A stretch of DNA of 62,158 bases, the filler included, from Choristocarpus tenellus KU-1152 (lineage: Eukaryota; Protista; Phaeophyceae): the NCBI GenBank assembly GCA_964200185.2. It is 5 parts of 5 records of this genome, joined end to end, with 100 filler letters (N's around TTAATTAATTAA, not from the genome) between each part and the next. Parts side by side here need not be neighbours in the genome. Positions count along the whole stretch, not along the records: positions 30,570 to 57,254 come from CAXNAD020000165.1; 4 more parts are not named here. One strand, given 5' to 3'. Positions 40,614-54,123 of the stretch are shown here, piece after piece. Positions within the stretch are counted from its first letter, which is position 1; the number at the start of each line of letters is the position of its first letter. A program made the translations under genes and the position numbers. Under the pieces are notes generated by a model. That model ran no database searches and was not told where the DNA came from. It saw nothing but the letters and a program-made list of their open reading frames with translations.

Positions 40614-42250
40614 CTACTTCAAGTACCTGCACCTGCTATACAGTAGGCTCGACCCGTTCACCTTTTGTCCCAGCTTTCGTTGTGTTGCAGTAACGACTAG
40701 CTTGATTGAATCTTGGAGATTACAATCACCACTAACCTCCCCGTATAGCCTTAATACCTCGGAAGATCCTTCCTCGAGTTTCTCGATGGATTCGACCCCT
40801 TGTCGTTCGCTTTCACTATCAGGTCGATAGAATTTCACGAGGCTAAGTGTCTGAGAACTGAATTGGTGTGTTCATGCCGTTTGAACTACTCGTCTCTCAC
40901 CCTCTCTCTTACATCCCCCCCCGTACCTCTTCATGGTATAATGAAGTGCAGCATATATATGCCCGTGTACTTTATCCTTGCTCTCCTTGAAATACGCATA
41001 CCTTGTGAGGTGGGATTATGGCATACTTGGGGAACAATTTCGCATAGGACATGGTACTACTGGAGGCATTTTCTAGGGATTTGAGAGGATAGTTGAACAG
41101 GTATTTCACGTGTTTCAATGAGCGATCGATCAATCCTTGATAATCCTCAAGTCCACTGCCCCTTAGCCCTTGCTTTTGGCTTGGTGGATTGCTTTCTGTC
41201 AAAATATTCAATCTGGTGGTATGTGTGACTCGTACTACAACTACCACTAGTTCTAATAGTTGATCTAATTTGTGATTACACCCTACATCACAGGAAAGAA
41301 TCCAGACGTTTTGGAAACGAGAAAAAATCAAAGAAACACTATAGCATCCATCCGCCCGTCCTTTGTGTTGTTTCCCAACCCTCTCACTACCATTCATCAC
41401 TTCCAATCCATTATTCCCATTGTGGTGTATGTGTTTTCCTGTCCACACACGATACATCTATCAATATCTAGACCTGTTAATACACAAGAACCAAGCAATG
41501 TATGACTCTAGAGGCTTAGAGTCGTTCGAGAATCATAGGTGCCTTAACAATGTCACTGGTGTGTGATAAGAGCCAAGTTGAGGGGGTAACATGATGCTGC
41601 CTTAGCATTATGCTACAACTACTGCGGCGTGATGACAGTTTCTTAAGAGGCTCTTAAATGTGAGTTTGTGCTCTGTGTGAACGTCACGCAATTGCCTTTT
41701 GCATCTAATTACTGTGGTACTCACATCGTCATTTATCATTCCTTCCTCTGTTGATTGGTGTCAACTACGTTGGTACTTTGCCTCATCTTTCGTAAGTCCA
41801 TACTTTCCCGAGGGATCGACAATGTCCTAAATATGTGTGTATGTACAGAGAGTAGAGGATACTGAAGTGAATGAGGAGCGTAGCAAAGTCTAGTTAGCCC
41901 GTAGACAAGGTGAGAGACTATCAGCAAGGATTAAACTAAAGCAAAACTTAGCCGTTTACCCGTCATACCATCTCCATGGTGACGCATGCTAGTATGAGCT
42001 TACTGTCTCTCCACCTCTTTTAAGGATTCTTCGTATCAAAGAATTATAGGTCGAGTTCATTCAATAAACCTTACTTGTGCTTTCGTTACAGATGTTGACA
42101 TATGCCCCTTGTTCATGTTATCCTTGATTTGATGTAAAGGTGAGCTAGAGACTTTGCTGCTGAAAATGCTGCTGCTGCTGAAAAGGTAAGGTTGTTGTAC
42201 CTGTTTTTTTGACCTGACTGGTTTGAAGTAGCTGTAAGTGCGACGTAAAG
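40614..42250 (-). CDS. Possible lineage-specific multi-exon gene (unverified)
   Basis: Exon-like open frames ending in good donors (...TKAQ|GTAAGG near 42075; ...PPHK|GTATGC near 41002) and an open frame at 40843-40614. No recognisable homology; phases not fully reconciled. Confidence 0.25.
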
Positions 42251-43609
42251 AACGGTAGGGGAAGAGAGAAATGATGAAACAAACCATCGTGAATCAAATT
42301 GACGACGAAATAACTAGTCTTCAAAGTTTACTGATCCTCTTACCTGACCGAAACAAATTGCCGTGATAAAAAAACCCGTTCCACTTATTCCAACTTTCTT
42401 AAATGTGTATAGAGTGATACAAAATACAGTGAGGGGTGTCCACAATGTAGGTATGCTTCAGCACAAACCTAGACTACACTGAGTATGTAGCCACCATACA
42501 GCAGCCTTGGCAAATATGCGTCAACTTTGAGGAGATCATAGATACTCCTGGCAAGAACTTTCTATGTGTACAGCTCTTTTCATAGTCGATGGGTAGATTT
42601 TTTGTATCTTTGGAAGTGCATGATCCAGTGTGTGGGAATGAAGAAACTCAAAAAGTCACTGAAGTCTCAATAAAGTTCAGTTCCTGAACTGTGGGACCGT
42701 GTCAGGTATTAATTGTCATAGTTACACTGACCTGCGCCGCTGAAATGCACCCCAATTCTCTGAAGTTTTAGATGATTAAGCCTGATTATGAATGCTCACT
42801 CCATTGTGTTCCGTTTCTACATGTATGCATCCACTCTGTTGTTTTTGTCCCTTTGTGTGTCACCACCCAGGTTCAAAAGCTAGTTTTTCCAAAGACTCCT
42901 AGCATCTGTTGATCATTTGCACAGATATGCATCTGAATGAATGGAGATTGACAAGGCTTAATACTTGTTTTGGAGTTCCAAGGGTACAAGCTGTAAATGT
43001 TTTTCAGCTGTCCAAAGTTCTGGCCATAGTATTGAATTGCCTTAGGATGCTGAGTGCAGTGCCAGTTTATATTGTAGTATTTTGTGTATGTGTGGTTCTG
43101 TAGTGATGGGCACATACCTACACTCTTTAATGTTGTTGCAAAAAATATTTGATTTCCCTTCCTACAGGAAAAGGGAGTGTAGGATGTTGAGAAGGATGAA
43201 GGTGTGTGTGTGTACATGGTGTTATATACAGGAATCCAAAATGCGATATTCTTGATTTTTTTTTAAAGCTTACCATTACAACAGGCAATACAATACCACT
43301 CTGGAAGAAGCTTGTCCACATTGCCGAACAAAGCGCAACACAACTTGATTGCAGCGTACCTGCTCAGCAATACTGTAAAAATACGTGTGGTTGGTGTGTG
43401 ATAGTGGTTTAGACCTTGTGTTCTTGCTGATTGTCATTCTAATTCAGTGGATAATTGTGCTCTATAAAAAGTTGGACATGTGCAAAGAATACCTTGCTTT
43501 GCGACCATTACCCCACCACTGCAATTTTTTCCTTTCGTCAAAACCAATAGATAAAAGTCCATCAGGAGGAGAGAGTCCCTTATTTAACTTTACACTATTG
43601 GTTATTGAA

Positions 43610-43762
43610 GACCTCTTTTCTACAATCTTCACCCCTATCAGACCATCGAATACCACCCCTTGCTGCCTTACTCCCGCGTAAAGGTATTCCTTCAAAATCA
43701 TTTGAATATACAAAGATTTCAGCAGCATATGGCAGTGTAAGTGGTAAATCTGGAACATTGGA
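43610..43762 (-). pseudogene. Fragment of bacterial large-type NAD-specific glutamate dehydrogenase
   Basis: SNVPDLPLTLPYAAEIFVYSNDFEGIPLRGSKAARGGIRWSDRGEDCRKEV matches the Bac_GDH signature VP.LP.P.P..EIFVYS...EG.HLRGG.VARGG.RWSDR.ED.R.EV. No start or splice sites; conserved residues are altered (H>P, G>S, F/Y>C). Confidence 0.88.
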
Positions 43763-44614
43763 GACCTCTAAAGTAATCAGCCCATATAGGGTTATTATAG
43801 TGAGACAGTGAAGCCATGTGTATCCTGTTTCGATATTGTAGTAAAATGTGTAAGAAACGAGAAATCCAGTCCTCTAAGAAATATTTGAGTGACTTGAGTT
43901 CATGACCTCCAATCCAAGTACATGAAAAATCACCTAATGATATATATATAGTCACAAACCACAACTCATTAATTACTTGAATCACCTCATACAACACTGC
44001 TCTGGTATGTGTATTCATGACAGTAACTGATCCAGTACAATGTATTGCAAAGTAAAAGTCCTCCAGCCAGACCCAACTATATATATACATCTGCCTAACA
44101 AAATATAATATTTAAAGAGGATAGTAGAATATCTCACATCATACTTTGGAATTAGGTTTATATACATGAAGCTGAAAGGTCTTCCCATCTTCCAATTACA
44201 AAAATGTATGTATTCATGCGCTCAAACAGGGATTGATTGATTACCTCATGAAAATCAGCAGGCTTGCCATATATATATAATTGACCAAGGTAATGTAATC
44301 TTGCATTTCGTTGATTTTTATCAAATGTGTGCATGAACATAAACATACCACTGACAAGCAACCTGGGTCAACCCTTAAGTTTCACCATCCAGGATGGGTA
44401 AAGTGAGCCAATATCAAGTCAGATTTCCGAACAAATGTATGTAGCCCCAAGTCTGACTCCAAAGTCAAATGCACACATAGATTGTGGTAGTTGCACTCTT
44501 GTTTCATCTCTTTAGTAAGAAGGGGAGTGATAAGAATCAGACAATCACAGGAAGGAAAGGAAACCCTTAGAAATAAAACTCTGAAGTTGCCATAGGCTAG
44601 TCTTAATATAATGG

Positions 44615-47600
44615 TTACGGTGTTACCAATGGTTTTGGTGTCTCTAGTGATTCAGAATGACGCAACTTTTCAGCTACCCCATTGCAGTGCAGAAGACCTA
44701 GGACAGCTACCACAGGCTTCCCTGGGTTATTCTTGCATGTGCATCGAATAGATTCTGCCAAGAACATGTCCCTCTCCCCAACAACCAACCTGAGAGTAAA
44801 GGCAAGTGATGAGGGCGAAGGGGCATTTGATGAGCCTCAAGCACATGGTGGGGCTGCTGTGTGGTATGGGACTGTCATGTGAGCTAGCTATAGTACAACT
44901 AGCAGACCATAGATGCACCCATGTTCGTGAATGACTGCAGTACAGTACCCTTTGTCCTTATTTTATTTTTCATGTAGTTCAAGAATAGAAAATATGCAAA
45001 AGAACATTGGAATATTGAATGTAAAAAAAAATGGTTCTACCCTGTCAGTGAAAAAGGTTAGCCAATGTTTACCATTAAGATACTTTTGTCTGTACGGGTT
45101 ACTACTATAATTTTTTATGGTATACTGCAAATTCTCAACAAAGCGTTCAAATGGTGATGTTTTTAACCACTCTAGCTCCTGCAGCACAAAAAAGAACAAT
45201 GCAGGCAGATTACTACTACCTCACCTCTGGCTGTGCATTTTAAAATTCCTCCCATAATACAGAAAACCAAAATCAAAACAGTATCAAATATAGGAGATGT
45301 TGAAACACTACCCAATGACCAACACGGTGTCACCAACATTGTGAGAGGTACTACTAAACAGAGTACCAAATACCAAATACCAAATTGTCAAAATTAGAAA
45401 CGGTATGCCCAACTTCTAAAAAACCCGATGATGGTGTATGAGGTATTGAACATATACCGTCAGAGGTTTGTATGCATATCGATGATATTCCTTTCAACAA
45501 CATACTGATCCACTGATTGCACCAATATCTGGTTGTAGGGAGTTTCCGATTTGACCTCTAAATAGTTCAGCATTTTTTGGGGGCTATAATTGGTATTAAA
45601 CAAAAAAATAAAATGGAACTCCTCCTCCAGGAATAGAACCGATTCTACTGGATTCTTGTGAGGAGCAGTGATTATGGGTTTCAAAGTAAAAATTACGCTC
45701 TTCACTTTCTAGTTAGTAGGCATGTTGATAATGTTGATGATACTATGTGCATGCCTAGACTTTGGTTGTGCTCATTTCTGGCGAAGACCTACATATACTC
45801 TATTTAAGCATGCCAGGGAATCCCTTACAGGCCTCCACCAGAGTTTCCCCTGGCTTCGCCCTAACCCTAACCCTATGGTAGCCGGTGCTTCCTCTTCACA
45901 GCCAACATGCTAACCCTACAAGAATTTTTTGGGATAATGAAATGGTGCACCACACTTTGACGACAATTAGGGTACTGTCAGAACACAACCGCACTGACTG
46001 GTGAGGGATGAGTATTCCGTAGCCAGAGTTTGTATTCTGCTGCACTGTCTCTCCATTTAATGGGGTTGGAAAATACTATACTTGTGTTTACAAGTAATAC
46101 TATTAGTAACAACAGTACAATATTGTCAGGAATGATACTGGGTGAACACAAAACCAAGCAAAAGAACGCCATTGCCATCAAAGCTACATCAAAACCCCAA
46201 ATTCTACATCAGTTTGATGAGCTGTCGTCTTGGTCCATATTGAACAAGACTAGGACTTGACAAGAAAAAACTTTCATGCTTGGCAGAGACCCTGGCATGG
46301 AAGCTGATCATCTTGAGCTGGAGTTGACTTCTTTGATATGTTTTCAGGAAGGTATCTCAAGAAGGGGAAGGTGTATAACACTTCGTAGAAGGGTACCTAC
46401 CCACCACTTAGTATACATATTCCGTTGACATAACAATGGTGAGTATGGAAGGAAGGGGCTGCATATTCTGTGTTTCCCTCTTATTCCAGGCCTACTGCCA
46501 TTTAGTTGCCTTCTGGATGGAAGAGCCCTTTGATCTGTGACTCTGGCTGCAAAAACATGACACACAAGAAGAACACCTCATTCTTGTACAGTAACAGTCC
46601 ACCCTGTCATTCTGACCATGTCCTGATTGAGTGTAAGTAGTACTAACTACCTTGGTGTACTTTGGATCCATTAGTAATGGAAAAAAGTGGAAGCTCTTTG
46701 AGCCTTCAAGCCCTTTCGTGACCCTGCACCTTGCCCACCTTAGCAGTCCTCATTTTCCCTCACCAGTAAGGAACAGCTTAAGATAGGTTGAGAACACAAC
46801 CTGTACCTAATATTCTCCACATTGTCATGCAGTGTTGACTTGGGAATGGATACCTAGTTCCAACACGAAGGCACACTGATCAACCCGTGGGGTTTCTCTA
46901 TCGCGATCAATTCATGACTCTCCCATAGCTCTTCCATGTTGATACCCTTGTGGACTGAATTCCCCCTTCCACAGCCGCCCTTTGTTGGGATCCACAACAC
47001 CAGCATCCTTTTGTACCTTACTGGACTCCCATATTCTTCGTCACTGCCTTCCCGTTGGTGTCAAACTCCACACTTCATGTTGTCTGTGGATCAAGGATCA
47101 ATTAAAGGATATAACCCAACCCCTCCTTGCAGCCTTGAGGGAGCGCAGTGATCACTGGTCTCCTTATTCACCAACAGTCAGAACCAACCCCATTCTCCTA
47201 GAAAACATCAGGCGTCTTCCTACTCACAGGCAAGACAAGTCACGCCATGGAAGGCCTCCGACAAGAAACTTCAAAATTGTTACGGAGCTGTGAACCGTGT
47301 GAAGACTTGCGACCTCCAAGAATAAAATTGGTCCACCCCTTGAAGGTTTAATCATGACACTAGCGTATAGCATGCAGGTGACAAGCAAGCACTGTAGCAG
47401 CGAGAGCAGTAGGCCTCCCAAGTGGTGAGGGGCTTCACCGGAGAAAAACATTTATTTCTGAGGCTAACATTGAACACGTACACACGCATGTCATTGTGCA
47501 TGATGCAAGGAGCGACTTCGGTAGATTTGTATGCCCATGGATGGCGCTGGTAAAAGCCCCCAAATAATCGGTCTTCAAATATTGGGTTGTCAAGTCAATC

Positions 47601-50600
47601 GGGATTCATTCAACTAAGCTGACTGTAATTGGGACCAGTTCACATCTCTACAAATATATTTCTTGTTTTGACCCTCCTTGCACCCCTCTGCTCTCACCAA
47701 CAAAACGGCACAAATGATTTGAATGTGATGTTTGAACCGACCAATGAGAGTGCACTCTTCACCACGGCACAATCAGTCAGATCAAATTTTGTAGCAGGGA
47801 ATCGAGTTACATAAAAAAAAATACCCAAGTGTGCCAAAAAATAAATAAATCCTGATCGAAGGCAGTAGTAAGACAGTACCTACCTCACTTTAAGTCACAA
47901 CAACTGGGTGACACCATGCCTGCAAAAACAGGATACACTCAAAAAGCACCTCCCTCACTTGACACCATCATTATGCTGGGCAATCTTACACACAGCATAG
48001 GTGTGTGTGAGCAGCTCAACCTAACCTGACACTGAAAAACCCCTCACCCCCTCCTCCCTTACCCCCCTTTCCCCTCCTTAGCCATCAAATAGGAACATCT
48101 CAGTTGCAATCGACAACACACCTCCAAACAAAAACTTGTTAACTCACCTAAAGAAGCGGAGCATGTACCACCCTGCCACAACTAAGAAGCCCCCCACCCC
48201 CAAATCGTACAAGTTTGAGAGCAAATTTGAGAGCAAATTTGAGAGCGACTCTGACATCCCAATCACATGCTCAGAGCCTCCAGCAGAGGTGACCGCAGCA
48301 GATGCTGCACCCTGAACGCCTTCCAAGCAACCGTACAAAATAAATACCATGGGAACCAAAATTTTACCCAGGTCTCCCAACCACTGCGGTCAAAACACAG
48401 AGGAAGATTAATGAAGGGTCAGGGGGTTGGGGGTGGGGAATAGACCTATTGTTGGAGGAGGTGTATACAGAGAGGGCACACGAAGAAATAATACTTGCAT
48501 ACAAATATGTCTACAAATTAACACTCCTCTTGAGCAGCAACAATTCGAGGCTACAGTATTCAAATACTTGATGAATTGACAAGAAGGTTGTCAAACAATT
48601 GGAAGGGGGTAGGGTACCTCTGGAGGAAACTTATTTCTCCTTCCTAATTTCCTTGTTACGCACTTTCTCTACACAGCTGTACGTTTGGGCCACAAACCTT
48701 TCACAACCCGTACAGCCAATCGTAAGGAGTATTTGACTCTTTTGTTTCAAGCGTATAGTAACATCTCACAGTATGGTGGTCCAACGCCGACAACATGGGG
48801 GATACATAGTATCATTGAAAAAGATATACACATGGAAACACACACACACACCTCCAGGTGACAATGGTGATATCTCCATCACTGCCACTTAGGCAAAACG
48901 CAGTACTGACAAGCATCCCACCTCCCTCACACCTGACATGTCCAATTTACAACCTACACTGTACCTCAGGGTTCTCCAAGAGTGCTTGGAGGACATTTAA
49001 TGACTCAGGCCACTGCCGCCCGGGGGGGCCACACAAAGCCAACCTCAGCATCCGTAAATCATCTTCAATACCCGCCATAGGTGGTGGGGGTGTCTGTGGT
49101 GGAGGGATCAACCCACCACAGGGGGGGAAGGCCAAGATCGAAGGAAGGGATAAAAAGGTTGAGGGGATGAGGTGGGGTTGCTCATCGAATGAAGCCCCTT
49201 GCAAAATAGTAGGTATTTGGTGTATGTAGTAGTGTATTTTTTTGTGCTCTGTTGGTGACAATTATTATTTTTTCTTGTACCGTGTGAGAAAACCATGTAA
49301 CTATTTTACTAATGTTACAACTATACTCTCACATGTAACATGAACAATAATGCATCTTAAATGCCTGAAATTAAGGACACTAATAATCTTACCAGTTCCT
49401 ACTGGAGTAGCCCCACAGCAGGCTATAGTATGAGTACTATTAATACTTGTAGTACATACAGCTATCAGTATGTATCACCATGTGTGTTACCACACCAAGT
49501 CTACTCTACTGGAGGCATAATGGTGGGTAGCATATATATATATATATAAATGTATGTATGTATGTACATATATAGTACATCTCTGATACAGGTCATGAAC
49601 AATAAACAAAACAAATGAGGACACTTTACTGGTGAGCACTAATGAATCAGAGCGACTGAGAGGAGAATGCCACTGAGATTCCATGTCACTTCCGTAAATC
49701 TGTTGGTACATGTCTTCACTCCACATTTGTGTCACAGAGTTTGTCTGTTTTGTAAGTGCATTCAGTTTGCTATTATATTCGACGCCCCTTTTTCAAATGC
49801 CTTTATCTTCTTTTAACACATCCGAAAACCCCCCAAAAACTCTCAACACATACAAACGCACATCTCTCAATTGCTTTCAACACAAAACTTACCTCTCCAT
49901 AAAACTCGTAGGATGCAACTTAAACGCCTCCCCCACCCTCACCCCCACATCATGACACATACTCATATATAGTACTACTACTACTACCATTGATATTTTT
50001 CACCCCATCAAACAAAAGGATGTTTCACTCTGGCCAACACCTCAGCTTACCTTTACACCAAGTACTTCAACCTCCCCCCCTGGCTGCTCCTCACCCCCCC
50101 CAGTGCTCAGCATTCCCGAACCTATCCCCAATCCTAACAAAGCTGCCCAGTTTCCCTTGAGCATAAGTTCCTTTCCCAAAGTCATCTCAGCCCCCAGACG
50201 ATTCAATGTCTCCTGTACGTCCTGGTCCCCTTTTTTTTATTTTTTTATTTGAGTGGGGACAAACAGGGAAAAAAAACAGTGCGCAAGAGATTTTTCTTTT
50301 TTAAATGTCCACTTTTTTTCTTTTTTTTTTAACATGCTAAAAATAACAATACGTTACTGCATTGAAAGTTTACTACAAATTCTATCTCTCCCTATCTGTT
50401 TTTGCCCATCCTCTTGATTTCCGATCAAGTTCAAGCACCGCAGGACCAAAGTACCCACCTGATATCACTGATTAGAACATCGAACAATGCATTATTGATA
50501 GTGCCGTTCTGTCACAAAATTCTCGCAAGAGATACCCCAATGCTGACAGCACAAGGGAAGAACCAGAGGGAAGGAGTCCCCCACAAAACACTCCTGAAAC

Positions 50601-53600
50601 AAGCCGTGTATACTACAACACTTACTAATAGTACCACAGTTCAAAATTTTTACTAGAGCAGGGACTACGACAGACACTCGAGGATGGTACACAGAGCAAG
50701 AGGGGCAGATTGGTCCAAACAAGCAACACTGTATTAAGCACCTGCTGTTCATGAGCCATGGAGTTAAGTCCTTAGAAAAAACTTTCCACACGAACACAAA
50801 ATAACCCCTCCAATGGGTGAGTGACATTTTATCAATCCCTGAGAAAAAATTCCCCCTTCCATTCCCCCTTCCATTCACCCGAACCATATCACAAAGTTGA
50901 ACGTCACGAAAGCGTTTTGAAATTAGCCTCTTCTTTTTAGTCACATTCAAAGGGCTATGATTAATCAAAGTCTACATGTATTTATCTATCCATGCCAACC
51001 TTGACATTGGTTGTCTTCCAGGTCTCACCTAGCACTACACTAGTCTCAGAGTTCACTGGGCAGGCATCGACCCAGGCCATAGCAGTCTTGAACTCCACGC
51101 CCTGCTCAAATTTCAGTAGGTTCTGCACGAGATACGGGTAGCTAAGGAGTCCCTCCAGAGTCGCCTGGTCGGTTACGTTTACAGTTACAGGTTACGGGTT
51201 AAGGAGTGATGCAAACAGAGGGAACAGCACTAGCAATAACACCAAAAATACAATAATAGTAAGTATATTGTACTGACTCAATGTGACCCTTTACAGCTCC
51301 TAGACGTTGTACACGCCTCCCTGCATCACGTCCCTACTTCTCTGATGTTATAATCCAATCCAATAAAATACTGTCTCCTTCATAGCACTGCGGCAGTTCC
51401 TAATTGTGTGAAAACATTGTGGGAATATACTATACGAACTACAACCAGTTGATTTTCTGAATGGGTCCATACGTAAGGGTCGGAAACACTGAGTGCGATC
51501 GATAGATGATAGGGCAAGGGATTGGAAACTAGTAGGCAGTATGGTATGAACGTTGTGCCATCTTGTCTTGCCTCGGGAATACAGGAAGCGTTGGTGTGCG
51601 CATGGTACCAAGGAATGTAATGCCACCTACATCACTTCACAAGTGTAACCTTCAATGCAGAAATCCGTGCAATACTGACCGTTAAGCACAGTGGCTAACT
51701 TCTTCCCTGAAAGCTTGAAACTAAATAAAGGTGTGAATGTACTCAACAACAAAGGCATTGTCAGAAAGGTGTTAGCAGTGCTGTTCCATCCTATAAATAA
51801 CCTCGCTAAAAGTAACACACCACAAGAAGGTCAAGAAAGATCAAGAAGAATTCAGGAGAGTGAACCACACAGCAATTGCACCCAACCTCATATTGTACAT
51901 GCCACAAGCATGCACAAAACTGGCTCTAACTCGTGAAACACACGTACCTGCACAAGCATCCATGCAACAAGCACTCTCTACAACTGCTGCAATCCAAGTG
52001 ACATGACCACACACCTCAGAAACACAAAATGGGAATGACGTGGCACATACATAAGAACGGAATAGCACAAGAGACCTCTACTGATCACCAACTGCAGATG
52101 CAAACTCGAGAGAAATAGATGCTAATAGGGGGAACAGATTTTCTCTTTGATTTGGTACATGTACATTGAAAAATATAACAGTTACTGATATTGCACACAT
52201 CAGGAGCACGTGAGGATAAAACAATGGAAAATTTTGTACCTGCAGCAGCCCGTTTTGCTTTGATGTTGCCTGCACCCCATTCCACCAATGACCAAAGGCA
52301 TGCCTTAATCGCGCATTTCCTTTCAGAGGAACGGAACCCTTGCATTGAGGCGGTCAGAGGATAGTTGTAAAGAATGTGTGAAGGGAGAGCTTGGCAAGAC
52401 ACTTCGATGCCTGTGTCACCCATCATAGCAACGATGAAAAAAATCCCCAACCATTTTGGCATCATGGCTTTCGTGACACTAATCTCTTATCAAGGAAGGC
52501 ATTACTCATGACAGACTAATGCAGCACTTGTGCTAATACTACTATACAGTATTAGGTTTGGCTATTGCATGTAAAGGTGTTTTCCAAAGTTTTGAGAGGT
52601 ACTCGTCATACAACCGCCACAAGATAGCCATGCACGCAAGGATCCACCTATTTGTCAGAGGAAATGGTAGCATTCTTTACTGATTCTAATCTCGTGAGGG
52701 GGTTGCCCAGCATAGCTGTTGACCTACGGATCGTGACAGGGCCACTAACATGGACGAAAGACTCCTTCAGAATGTATGAGAACTGAGCCACTCGAATTGA
52801 ACCATTCACTATAAGTGTGAAGATGAAGCCAACTTTGTGGAAGTTAGTAAATGAAATTGCCTCCTATCGCTGGAAATTCTGATTCCGAACTCGTTCTATG
52901 CCCAGAACAGATGGAACAAGGGGGAATTATGGGCAGTTGCACCTCTGCCTTCTTCTTTAGATCCCTCTGGAGCGATTTGTAGCGGCCCTGGCAAAGCTCT
53001 AGGACAACAGAGGCGGGGCGTGTAGCATCTAAGACGGACAGGACATCTCTACCGGAGCAGGGAGCACCATGCAGACAGCCAACCTATAGTCGATAACCTC
53101 AGAACCAGGAACAAGGGGGGGGTAGATTAGTATGAAAGAAAAAATAGAAGGTCTTGTTATTTCAATCAGTGGCTTCTTCCTGAGACCTGTCGCAATTGCA
53201 AGACCGGGTAACATTTTCAGTGAGAAATGTTGAGGCACGCATCCTGCAGTCAGACCGCCGAGGATAGTAACGTTCAATGAGGGCAAAGGGGAGCACGAAA
53301 AGCTCACCAAATAAATGTCGCATCCTGTCACTTTATCCTTGACCAGTAGGGAAGATGTGGGTATCTGCGGCAGTTGGATGTCACGGAGTATGTCAAACAG
53401 CTTTTGTTCATGACACGCGACGACACTTCCATCGTCAAATTTTCGGCCAAGAAAAGACTAGTCGCTTGGTCAGTTCAAGTTCCTCCCTCGTGATGCACTT
53501 ATTTCTGGAAGAAGAAAGAAAATGTGTCGGATTAGGGCATCATACCTACCAATCACATCATTTTCTACCTCTATTGGCGCCACCATCCTTAGTCGCCGGG

Positions 53601-53736
53601 AAGAACGATATCCTCTTCGATTATTTGACTTAGAAACTGAACCCGCGGGCGAAGGAGCGAAGGATAGAGTAGGAACCATAGATGCAAGCAGGCCTGTGAA
53701 GAGAAGACAGAGGAGTGGGAAGGGGTTGGTCGGCAT
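44615..53736 (-). CDS. TraB/PrgY/GumN (TraB-domain) protein with bipartite plastid presequence
   Basis: Exons 53736-53569, ~53457-53308, 53083-52943, 52338-52240, 51164-51029, 50229-50051, 49093-48965, 48383-48148 and 44789-44615 splice in phase. Motifs DIYLVGCLHG, RPASVVLELCQGR, GVEFKTA, VVLGDQDVQETLNRL, GERDMFLA and VVAVLGLLHCNGV; signal peptide followed by LS-FAP (ASAFAP-like). Confidence 0.9.
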
Positions 53737-54123
53737 GTTTTGGTCATCTCGAAAGATCTCGGTCAGCAAGAGTCAACGTCGTCTGCCACGTACCGACACC
53801 AGTTGTCACCCATACTGCACCCCTGCGCACCATCTTTAAATGCTAGATACTTCTCCCTCAACACTGTTCCAGCTTAGTTGGAACAAAACCGTGTCGAAAG
53901 CAGCGAGGTGAATAAAGACACACGCACCTCTTACACACTTTCAACTTAAACATAATGTGAAGGAAGTTCACACCTTAAATCTGTATGCGCGCGAAATGCC
54001 TTGCGCGCGTTGGTCTTTTTATACTCACTTTCATCAACTGGAACTTTACTGGAACAGACCTACCTCCTCAATACCAAAAAAACTCAATTACAAGGGTCTT
54101 GTTGTCGAAGAGGGTTGGATGCC
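53737..54123. promoter_or_regulatory. Putative bidirectional promoter with an E2F-like site (GCGCGAAA at 53989-53996) and an inverted GCGCGCG pair
   Basis: 387 bp between divergent ATGs; sequence tgcgcgcgaaatgccttgcgcgcgt. Confidence 0.45.

Noticed and set aside
47898-47918. Apparent terminal mini-exon (RHGVTQLL*) of the TraB gene
   Set aside because: The exon at 44789-44615 is in phase and supplies the required ERD and GxxH motifs.
52085-52465. ORF with apparent signal peptide (MMPKWLGIFF...)
   Set aside because: Overlaps a TraB exon read in another frame; the rest is intron.
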